From: a virus
Taxonomy: Duplodnaviria > Heunggongvirae > Uroviricota > Caudoviricetes
Reading direction: 5' to 3' (one strand)
Virus record (IMG/VR): IMGVR_UViG_2718217807_000001
DNA length: 53,623 nucleotides
A program made the translations under genes and the position numbers. The notes under the pieces were generated by a model, which saw only the letters and a list, made by a program, of their open reading frames with translations, did no database searches and was not told the origin of the DNA. This document shows, one piece after another, positions 1-7,034 of the stretch (within the stretch, counting starts at the first letter, position 1; each line of letters begins with the position of its first letter).

Positions 1-31
1 ATGGGCAAGCCTATTAAAGGAATGATTTTCA

Positions 32-1117
32 ATGAAAGAGCAAATAGACCTAGCAATAAAAGAAGATAAGATTTTTTTTCTTGGTAAAAAATTACAAGAT
101 GATTGGTATCAGGCTTTTGCTGAGTGGTCTGATATAGCCCGGAAGGATAATAATCCTGAAGCATATTTCAATATGGCGTATTGCTATTTAACAAGCAATG
201 GAACCAAAAAAAATATAGAGAAGGCTATTGAATATTATGAACTTGCTGGCTCATTAGGTTTAAATGAAGCCTACACTCACGCTTACAAAGCAAGAGCGGA
301 ATATATTTTCAAGGATGACATTAATGATTATATTTCTTATCTAGAATCTTTGAAAGAAAAGGGTGTTTGGAGTCATGACCCTGACGAAAAAGGGTGCAGA
401 ACTTATTTTTCTTGTGAGCACGAAGCATTGCAATTTCAGGATGTTATGATACAACTCTCACTGAGATCATCGCCTGGCGATAGAGCGGCAAAAGCTAAAG
501 AGCTGCGGGGAAAATATAAGGCCCACTACATAAATTTGGTTTTAGATCATTTCATTGCAATATCTGAAGTTTCAGCTGAAGTGGAGTACAGAGAATCAAA
601 AATTAGCCACCTAGAACATAAAGGAAGAATACATAAAGGCAATTCATTGTTAAGCACAAGATATTCATATAAGGTTGAATATTTGGCTAAGCTAAAAAAT
701 AATGGCAAGGGAGATGCACATTTTGATTTTACATTCCGCGCTGCGAATATGGCAGAGATGAAGGCAGCACATGACAAAGACCCACTCAATGGGTTGAACA
801 AGCTGTATACAAAAATCTCCAATATAATGTTAAAGCCAGGGGAGCAGGTAGAGAAAATATTGGTAACTGATTTGCCAGTAAAAAACCTGAGTTCAAACTG
901 CGTAAACTTTTCTTATGATTTTAAAAGAAATTTTGAGAGGTATTACGTGTCAAGTAGTTATAGAGGCTATATCACCTATGATTTTGACATCAAACCTGGG
1001 AGTATTTCAGTTGTCAGAAAGGCAAGTGAAACTGAAAAATATAAGATAAAGCAATTTATAGCTTATGCGGTAGTGATCTTGGGTATCTATCTCTACATAA
1101 AGCACTTATTAGGTTGA
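32..1117 (+). CDS. Sel1-like-repeat protein with C-terminal membrane anchor; AT-rich accessory gene
   Basis: N-terminal AYFNMAYCYLTSNGTKKNIEKAIEYYELAGSLG fits a Sel1 repeat. Hydrophobic C-terminus FIAYAVVILGIYLYI. Visibly AT-richer than neighbours. Confidence 0.7.
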   Translation: MKEQIDLAIKEDKIFFLGKKLQDDWYQAFAEWSDIARKDNNPEAYFNMAYCYLTSNGTKKNIEKAIEYYELAGSLGLNEAYTHAYKARAEYIFKDDINDYISYLESLKEKGVWSHDPDEKGCRTYFSCEHEALQFQDVMIQLSLRSSPGDRAAKAKELRGKYKAHYINLVLDHFIAISEVSAEVEYRESKISHLEHKGRIHKGNSLLSTRYSYKVEYLAKLKNNGKGDAHFDFTFRAANMAEMKAAHDKDPLNGLNKLYTKISNIMLKPGEQVEKILVTDLPVKNLSSNCVNFSYDFKRNFERYYVSSSYRGYITYDFDIKPGSISVVRKASETEKYKIKQFIAYAVVILGIYLYIKHLLG

Positions 1118-1155
1118 TCACTCCTGGGCCGTTCTACTCGTTGCCAGACATTCTT

Positions 1156-1177
1156 AAAAGCCCCATGTGGGCTTTTT
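1156..1177. terminator. Bidirectional-type intrinsic terminator
   Basis: AAAAGCCC-CATGT-GGGCTTTTT hairpin flanked by A and T tracts, just after the Sel1 gene. Confidence 0.7.
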
Positions 1178-1314
1178 ATCTTGACCAGTACCATCGCATT
1201 ACCCATCACTGAAAAACGCGATCCCGAGCGTTACAGAGCAGATCCCGACACGTCCTCTTGTTAGTTACAATCAATCCTGTAAAATAAGTAAACATTTACC
1301 TACTTAAGTGGCTT

Positions 1315-1926
1315 ATGAACGGTTCTCAGAAAATCAAAAAAAGAGAGCGCGACGGCAATCTTCGCGACCTCTGGAGAACACCTATATGGCTGTTTCACGC
1401 TATTGAGGTGTATCTCGGAATGAAGTTCCAGGTCGACGTCGCATGTAACAAAGACAATGCGATCCTACCTGATTTTATAGGCGTTGAGCGTGATGCGTTA
1501 AAGTCCAGCTGGGGTTCAGCTGGCACGATCGCATTTCTCAACCCACCCTACTCCAAAATCAAACCATGGATTGACGCGGCAGCGCGTGAACAGGCCAACG
1601 GGGTAACGACAGTCATGTTAGTTCCGCAATCCCTCGACACTCAGTGGTATCTGGACGTAAAGCGCAATGCTAATCAGACAGTGCTGCTTGTAGGAGGGCG
1701 AGTGGCGTTCATGGAGCCAGACACCAATCTGGGTCTGGTCGAAGTCAGAGAGAACACTGGCGGCAGCATGTTGCTCGTTTTCCGTGGGTTCTGTGGCGAA
1801 GCTGGGCATCAAACGACAGAGATCGACATCGGTGTGATGAAAGCGCTGGGTGGCTATGACCCGCTGACTGCGAAGCGGAAACCTCGCAAGAAGCCTGCTA
1901 AGAAAGCCAAGACCCCCCTTAATTAA
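1315..1926 (+). CDS. Phage DNA N6-adenine methyltransferase (phage Dam family)
   Basis: WRTP..LF, DVAC, catalytic NPPYS and GGRVAF motifs typical of phage N6-adenine MTases. Confidence 0.85.
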   Translation: MNGSQKIKKRERDGNLRDLWRTPIWLFHAIEVYLGMKFQVDVACNKDNAILPDFIGVERDALKSSWGSAGTIAFLNPPYSKIKPWIDAAAREQANGVTTVMLVPQSLDTQWYLDVKRNANQTVLLVGGRVAFMEPDTNLGLVEVRENTGGSMLLVFRGFCGEAGHQTTEIDIGVMKALGGYDPLTAKRKPRKKPAKKAKTPLN

Positions 1927-2108
1927 AAAGATTTTAAAAAGAGCTTTAAATACTATCCAGAGCAAGGCTATCTAAGAGATTCAGGCACTTACGTGCCTTA
2001 ATCTCCATTTGTCTCTGGGATTCGTTGTAAGAAACAACCTAACATCCCAGCTTTGCAGCCTGCTGCATGGCTTTATCATAGTGTTAAGAAAACAATAAGG
2101 ACTAAAAA

Positions 2109-2333
2109 ATGACTTATGAAACAAACATCGTCGCCTTGGCTGAAAACGACTTCTTGGCCAACACCCGGAAGTTGATGGAGAACCGGGACCAGGCGTTCAC
2201 GCTTTACCAATGGGTTGTCGACAGCCTTCGCGAAGGTAAGCACTCTGAGGAAATCGGTATGCTGGTTGGGGACCTGATCAACACGAACTTCGCGCTGGAT
2301 GTCCAGTTAAAGGGGCGTCCTGACTCAAAATAG
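2109..2333 (+). CDS. Hypothetical protein, 74 aa
   Basis: ORF with AAGGA ribosome-binding site and phage-like codon usage. Confidence 0.7.
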   Translation: MTYETNIVALAENDFLANTRKLMENRDQAFTLYQWVVDSLREGKHSEEIGMLVGDLINTNFALDVQLKGRPDSK

Positions 2334-2343
2334 TAAGTAACAA

Positions 2344-2372
2344 TTTACTTATATGCTTGTCGTATGTATGAT
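2344..2372 (+). promoter_or_regulatory. Sigma70-like promoter overlapping a TAAGTAA-N4-TTACTTA palindrome
   Basis: TTTACT (2344-2349), 17-bp spacer, TATGAT (2367-2372). Palindrome at 2334-2351. Confidence 0.55.
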
Positions 2373-2377
2373 TGCGC

Positions 2378-2810
2378 GGCCACTTTCATGTGGCCAAATT
2401 TTTAGCAGCCAAGCTATCACAAAATGGCAACGACACCAGTCTCTCGGTGAGAAACGGTCGGGATTGGTGGAGCAGTAAAGAACCTTGAGTCGAGGCTCAT
2501 GGGAAGACCCAGACGGGATTTGTAGCATAGGGTCTGTATTGCCGGTGTGAACGTGGGTTGGTAGCCCACGTTGGTTGAGGGCAAAAGCTACAGGGCTGTG
2601 TGGTGGGGGGAGCGACTTAGATACCTACCGCGCAGAATAAAAGCTCAACCGTTAAATTCTAAGAGGAACCTGTACGAGTAAGCCCTTTCCAGAAGAATGA
2701 GAGTGCTTACCAGTGGGAGGGACTGCTGATACTACGCCTAACTTTTTCGATTGAGAAAACACTGATTCGGCCGAACCGTTAAACAAAATGGGCCGAAGTT
2801 TTTTTAACGG
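2378..2810 (+). ncRNA. Putative large structured non-coding RNA of unknown family
   Basis: ~430 nt with no ORF of 60 codons or more, a promoter upstream and a hairpin+T tract at the 3' end. Many stems: GGCCAC/GTGGCC, AACGTGGG/CCCACGTT, GGTTGAG/CTCAACC, TGTAGC/GCTACA, GTAAGC/GCTTAC, TTCGGCC/GGCCGAA. Confidence 0.5.
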
Positions 2811-2903
2811 AATTGTTAGGATAAGTATGGTCAGCAGCCCCTACCGAGAAACAAAAACATTCAGCGAAACAGCGAAACAGCGAAGCGAAAACGGAAAGGC
2901 AAA

Positions 2904-3467
2904 ATGGCGAAGGCACCAGCAAAACAGGAAGGCATCAAATACAACCGTAATAGTCGTGTTTCCGATGAAAACGGGGCCGCAAAATTTGACCCGTGGCTGA
3001 AAGAGGTTCTTTTGTATACAAATGGCTTCTGTATGAGAAACGGGGCCGGTGGTGCTGCGGCCATTGTTCGTTTTGGCAACCACAACAAAACTGTTCAGGA
3101 AGGTTTCAGATCCTCAACCAGCGACCGCATGGAAATACTTGCCGTTATCAGAGGGTTGGATCTTCTTAATCAGAAATGCAATGTGACGATCTACACCAGC
3201 AACCAGCAGCTAATCAACGGCATGAAGTTGTGGGTTAAAGGCTGGAAAAAGCGCGGCTGGAAGATGGCGAACGGTGAGCGTGTGAAGGATGCCGATCTCT
3301 GGCAGGAACTGGATGCTGCCGCATCTGGACACCGCATTCGTTGGAGCCGCGTCAAAAGCACCAGACATGACGTGAATAACGAGCTGTGCGACATGATGGC
3401 TAAATCCATGGCCGAATCCCCAACGATGGTCGATCGCATGTATGAGGCTATTTATTACCGCGAATAA
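2904..3467 (+). CDS. RNase HI-like protein with substituted catalytic residues
   Basis: Colinear with E. coli RnhA (RMEI, WKKRGWK, VKDADLWQELD, NELCDMMA). TDG is TNG and TDS is TSN. Confidence 0.85.
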   Translation: MAKAPAKQEGIKYNRNSRVSDENGAAKFDPWLKEVLLYTNGFCMRNGAGGAAAIVRFGNHNKTVQEGFRSSTSDRMEILAVIRGLDLLNQKCNVTIYTSNQQLINGMKLWVKGWKKRGWKMANGERVKDADLWQELDAAASGHRIRWSRVKSTRHDVNNELCDMMAKSMAESPTMVDRMYEAIYYRE

Positions 3468-3512
3468 TAAATAAGTGTTTACTTATCTTTTGCGTTATTG
3501 TATGTTTCTTTT

Positions 3513-3592
3513 GCACGGAAGATAGCGCGGTTAGCGCTGGCCTCATGGACGAGGCGCAAATAGGCGGCTGGGTTCTCCCCAGCCGCAACCGT
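3513..3592 (+). ncRNA. Putative cloverleaf small RNA or structured leader
   Basis: Three consecutive hairpins AGCGC/GCGCT, GCCTC/GAGGC and GCGGCTGGG/CCCAGCCGC closed by ACGG/CCGT. Lies downstream of TTTACT-17-TATGTT and the palindrome at 3471-3486. Confidence 0.4.
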
Positions 3593-3616
3593 TTCTAAAT
3601 CATGCAAAGAGGCTTT

Positions 3617-4063
3617 ATGTTCAGTCTCCTATTCCCAAGCAAGCGTTTCGAACAGCAGATTAGGCTGATTGCCAGAGGCCTGGATGCCCAAAATCTGCGT
3701 ATCGAGATGCTTGAGCGCGTCGTTAGCAATCAAGCAGCTACGATCTCTCAGCTGACTGCAGGCCTAGAGAGCGCGCAATCTATCAAGGACCCTATTCGTG
3801 GAAAAGTACCAGAGAAAGCGGCTTCAGCCTCTCGCCCTGGCGATTTGCGTTCTGGTGTTAGCTCCTTTCGTTCTGGTTCCAGTAAGTCAGGCTCTGAGTC
3901 CCGCACCCAGCACTACAGTTCGCCCATCAACACCATTGCAGACGATCCGGCCCCGTCATATCACCACAGCCACGGACATCACCACCACTACTCCGGCGGC
4001 GACACTGGAGGGTATGACTCTGGATGCTCCGATTTGTCGTCCAGCTTCTCCGGTTGTGACTGA
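3617..4063 (+). CDS. Hypothetical protein: coiled coil with Ser/His/Gly-rich tail
   Basis: ORF 3602-4063; ATG 3617 follows AGAGG. Ends in a low-complexity tail HHSHGHHHHYSGGDTGGYDSGC. Confidence 0.7.
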   Translation: MFSLLFPSKRFEQQIRLIARGLDAQNLRIEMLERVVSNQAATISQLTAGLESAQSIKDPIRGKVPEKAASASRPGDLRSGVSSFRSGSSKSGSESRTQHYSSPINTIADDPAPSYHHSHGHHHHYSGGDTGGYDSGCSDLSSSFSGCD

Positions 4064-4120
4064 CACAGCCTGAAGTAGAAAACAAATTATTTTCTAAAAT
4101 AAGAAAACAAAGGAAATCAC

Positions 4121-4546
4121 ATGTTCGGTATTTTTAAAAAGAAAGTTCGTAAAGCCGCTGTTGAAGTCAAAAAGATGGAAAACCGCGATGCAGTAGAAGC
4201 CACCGTGTGGGGCGCCTATGCGATCGCATATGCCGACGGCACCTGCGATGCTAAAGAAATTAGCGTTCTGGAGAAGACCATCTCCGCACTGCCCTCTTTC
4301 TCTCCGTTTGCCGGCGAAATCGCCCAAATGAGTTCAAATATTCGTTCACGCTACGAAGCTTCCCCGCGCTCCGCTAACGCTGAAGCTATGCGTCAGCTGG
4401 CCGATGTAGCTGGAACCACTGATGCGGTCGACGTTCTGTGCCTGTGCCTGGACATCGCTGATAACGACGGCATCGATGAGAAAGAAGAACTGATGCTGAA
4501 GAAAATTGCCCAGGCACTGCAACTGTCTCTGGATCAGTACCTGTGA
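4121..4546 (+). CDS. TerB-like family protein
   Basis: AYAIAYADGTCDAKEISVL and CLDIADNDGIDEKEELMLKKIAQAL match the two TerB-fold helical hairpins. Strong RBS AAGGA. Confidence 0.8.
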   Translation: MFGIFKKKVRKAAVEVKKMENRDAVEATVWGAYAIAYADGTCDAKEISVLEKTISALPSFSPFAGEIAQMSSNIRSRYEASPRSANAEAMRQLADVAGTTDAVDVLCLCLDIADNDGIDEKEELMLKKIAQALQLSLDQYL

Positions 4547-4701
4547 TGGTCCGCGTCAGCGTCGCGCTGGCGCTGCTGGTTCTGTCTGTGCTGGTGGACT
4601 TCACCAGCCGGATTTTATCAGTGGCTGCGGATGGGGTGCTGGTTATTACTGGCATCACTTTATTACTGCCTTTGCTGATTAAAGGCGCCAAAACAATATA
4701 A
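4546..4701 (+). CDS. Small membrane protein, DUF3927-like (51 aa, not in ORF track)
   Basis: Hand translation MVRVSVALALLVLSVLVDFTSRILSVAADGVLVITGITLLLPLLIKGAKTI. TGATG overlap with the terB-like gene. VDFTSR..S..ADG motif. Confidence 0.7.
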   Translation: MVRVSVALALLVLSVLVDFTSRILSVAADGVLVITGITLLLPLLIKGAKTI

Positions 4702-4720
4702 GGAGCTTCGGCTCCTTTTT
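4700..4720 (+). terminator. Intrinsic terminator
   Basis: AAGGAGC-TTCG-GCTCCTT followed by Ts. Confidence 0.8.
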
Positions 4721-4734
4721 GTTGAAGAGAACGA

Positions 4735-5514
4735 ATGAAAGAATTAAGCATCACCACAGCAACGATGACCAGCATGGATATTGCCGAGCTGATCGGAAAT
4801 CGCCATGACAAGGTCAAGCAGTCCATCGAAAGACTTGTAAAACGCGGCGTTATAACTTCTCCCCCAATGGGGGAAAAGCCCACGGCAGGCCGCTCCGCGA
4901 CGTTTTTCGTGTTCTCCGGGGAGATGGGGAAGCGAGACAGCATTATCGTTGTAGCCCAGCTAAGTCCAGAGTTCACGGCGCGTCTGGTAGACCGCTGGCT
5001 TGAGCTTGAGAAGGCTGTAAAAGAACCGGCTCTGCCACGTACCTATAAAGAGGCGCTGATCCACCTTGTTGCTCAGGTTGAAGAAAATGAGCGGCTGACT
5101 GATGAGAATGTCGCTTTGGGTGAGGCACTCAGCGTAGCGAGTCCGAAGGCTGTTCTTATGGACCGACTGGCCGGCACTGCAGATCAGCTGTACGGCGTTA
5201 ATGAAGCTGGCCGCATCCTGGGTACTTCTGGCGCAGTAATGGCATCGTGCATGGAAATGGCAGGAGGTGTGTTCGTTAAGCGCAAATACACCACGACCCC
5301 ACGCCAGCTGTTGAAGACGTTCATTGACCGCGGCCTGGGCCGTAACGTAACCAGTGTTGTCGGTGGCCATACTCAGGCCAAATTTACGTTTAAAGGTCTG
5401 TGCTTTATCGCCCTACTCCTTATCAAGCGCGGGATTATCCGTGTCGATTCAATCTCTCATGACGTCTGTCGAGATAGCGTAAAAGAGATGACCGCAGAGA
5501 AAGCTATCGCCTGA
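4735..5514 (+). CDS. Rha-family phage regulatory / antirepressor-like protein
   Basis: MTSMDIAELIGNRHDKVKQSIERL and SIIVVAQLSPEFTARLVDRWLELE (Rha domain), then LPRTYKEAL..L and PKA.L.DRL as in antirepressor C-termini. Confidence 0.8.
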   Translation: MKELSITTATMTSMDIAELIGNRHDKVKQSIERLVKRGVITSPPMGEKPTAGRSATFFVFSGEMGKRDSIIVVAQLSPEFTARLVDRWLELEKAVKEPALPRTYKEALIHLVAQVEENERLTDENVALGEALSVASPKAVLMDRLAGTADQLYGVNEAGRILGTSGAVMASCMEMAGGVFVKRKYTTTPRQLLKTFIDRGLGRNVTSVVGGHTQAKFTFKGLCFIALLLIKRGIIRVDSISHDVCRDSVKEMTAEKAIA

Positions 5515-5520
5515 TTAAAC

Positions 5521-5549
5521 ATGGGCTGACCCCTTTTGGGTTAGCCCAT
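5521..5549 (+). terminator. Stem-loop after the rha-like gene
   Basis: ATGGGCTGACCC-CTTTT-GGGTTAGCCCAT. Confidence 0.55.
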
Positions 5550-5600
5550 AATTAACCACATCAGAAAACAAATTGTTATCAAAACAAAAAAGGAAAATAC

Positions 5601-6035
5601 ATGTGCCAGAACTGTGAACGAATTAAAGCTCAACGCCAACAAACCCTGTCTCACGCAAACGAAATTGCTGAGCTGGCGATTCTAGCAACCGGTGAAATTG
5701 ACTCTGTAACTGATGCACTGAAGCTAAAGCTGCAACTGGATCATTATGGCGAGGCTGGTCTGCTTGACCCCGCGAACATGCTTCTTCTGATCGCTCACTT
5801 CGCCAGCCAGAATAAAGAGCTTGAAGCAGACAACAAGCGCCTGCACGAGACACTGAGCTGGATGCCTGTTAAAGAAAAAGCCCCCGAGGCAGACGCTAAT
5901 AAAATGTCTCATGAAGAGGCTCTTCGCATCGTCGAAACCATCGTGAATACCTTTGAGTTGGCCCAGACGCGAGCAATGGCCGGCGCGAATGCTCAGATCC
6001 GCGAGCTGAAGAATCGCTTTGGCCTTAACAAATAA
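5601..6035 (+). CDS. Hypothetical protein (coiled coil, N-terminal CxxC)
   Basis: ORF with AAGGA RBS. Confidence 0.7.
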   Translation: MCQNCERIKAQRQQTLSHANEIAELAILATGEIDSVTDALKLKLQLDHYGEAGLLDPANMLLLIAHFASQNKELEADNKRLHETLSWMPVKEKAPEADANKMSHEEALRIVETIVNTFELAQTRAMAGANAQIRELKNRFGLNK

Positions 6036-6090
6036 ACAAATAAACAATTGGCGCAGCGATAAGGTTGCGCTTCTTGTCACGGAGGACCTC

Positions 6091-6408
6091 ATGAAGTTTT
6101 CATACCTCCTGTTGGCGATCGCCCTGACAGGATGCAGCATAAAACCAGATAACACCGTTAAATTCCCTGTTCGCGCATATCAGCACGGTGTGTACGGTAC
6201 TGTTCATGTGAAATACGATGTTAATCGAGTCGGTCGCGTCGAGAATGTTGTTGTAGAGGACGACAAAGACGGCTATTTCACAAAGCAAATCGTCAGTGAC
6301 ATGAAGCATTGGCGACTTGATGCGGGGAAGCCGAAGAAAGGCGAGCGTCTTACTATCGCTTTCGAGTGTCGTCATGATCGAGATGAGGGAGATTTCCTTG
6401 AAAATTAA
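6091..6408 (+). CDS. Lipoprotein with TonB C-terminal-like domain
   Basis: GGAGG RBS. Lipobox LTGC. YPxxA-like FPVRAYQHGVYGTVHVKYDVNRVGRVENVVV...IVSDMKHWR follows the TonB_C pattern. Confidence 0.7.
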   Translation: MKFSYLLLAIALTGCSIKPDNTVKFPVRAYQHGVYGTVHVKYDVNRVGRVENVVVEDDKDGYFTKQIVSDMKHWRLDAGKPKKGERLTIAFECRHDRDEGDFLEN

Positions 6409-6559
6409 ACTCCCGGTCGTCATGGTGGCTGGTGGCTTGCTATTAGCTGGATTCCACGCCGCGTGGCGCGATGGGGGTTTGGCCGATTCTGGAACGATGG
6501 GCCGTTTTACTCGTTCTGTCTGTGGCGTCTGAATATTTATTGGTGGTGGAGATCTGAAA

Positions 6560-6853
6560 ATGGTTAAAAATAAAGTAATTCGTCAAGCAAATGATGGCGG
6601 AAATACCTGGATAGACTGCTCATTGGAAGCCTTTAACCGGGCCAAAGAGAACGGCATACCCGTTCGAGAAGTCTGTTTACGGGAAGAGTCACTCAGCACA
6701 TCCTCGGCAAACCCGGCCGGCTATCACATCATGAACAAAGCTGGTGAAGTTACCGCAGACCGTAAAACACTTTCTGAAGCGCAGCAGGTTGTGAACGACT
6801 GGAATGCGGAGTGGGTTATCGTCCCATATTACTATGCGGGAAAATTGAGTTGA
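6560..6853 (+). CDS. Hypothetical protein
   Basis: 97-aa ORF with GGAG RBS. Confidence 0.65.
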   Translation: MVKNKVIRQANDGGNTWIDCSLEAFNRAKENGIPVREVCLREESLSTSSANPAGYHIMNKAGEVTADRKTLSEAQQVVNDWNAEWVIVPYYYAGKLS

Positions 6854-7011
6854 TGAAAGAGCCTATGGTGAAGTTACCGCCCCACGTCTATCGCGAACTG
6901 GTTTCTGAGCTTGCTGATGTGGCAAAGAAGCACTGTGGCGCCGGGTCCATGCGTGAGTCACTAAGTTACGTGCTTTCTCGCTATGTCGAACCAGATCACT
7001 CGAAGAAATGA
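6853..7011 (+). CDS. Hypothetical protein (52 aa)
   Basis: TGATG coupling to the upstream gene; ends at the terminator. Confidence 0.6.
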   Translation: MKEPMVKLPPHVYRELVSELADVAKKHCGAGSMRESLSYVLSRYVEPDHSKK

Positions 7012-7033
7012 AAAGGGGCTGATGCCCCTTTTC
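7010..7033. terminator. Bidirectional terminator between convergent genes
   Basis: GAAAAGGGGC-TGAT-GCCCCTTTTC. Confidence 0.8.
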
Positions 7034-7034
7034 A

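Noticed and set aside
2378-2810. Group I/II intron, retron msr-msd or tmRNA/RNase P
   Set aside because: No interrupted gene, no reverse transcriptase or homing endonuclease in the window, and none of the hallmark motifs I could recognise.
2788-3000. Independent 70-aa gene overlapping the RNase H start
   Set aside because: Its 5' part lies in the terminator hairpin and its 3' part overlaps the RNase H-like gene; better explained as the out-of-frame N-terminal extension described in the findings.
3513-3592. tRNA gene
   Set aside because: Cloverleaf-like, but no 7-bp acceptor stem, no 7-nt anticodon loop and no TTCRA T-loop. Kept only as a putative structured RNA.
4121-4546. Tellurite resistance determinant
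   Set aside because: A lone TerB-like gene without terC, terD or other ter genes.
4810-4830. GTCCAT in the rha-like gene as a target of the cloverleaf loop ATGGAC
   Set aside because: Only a 6-nt match, expected by chance.
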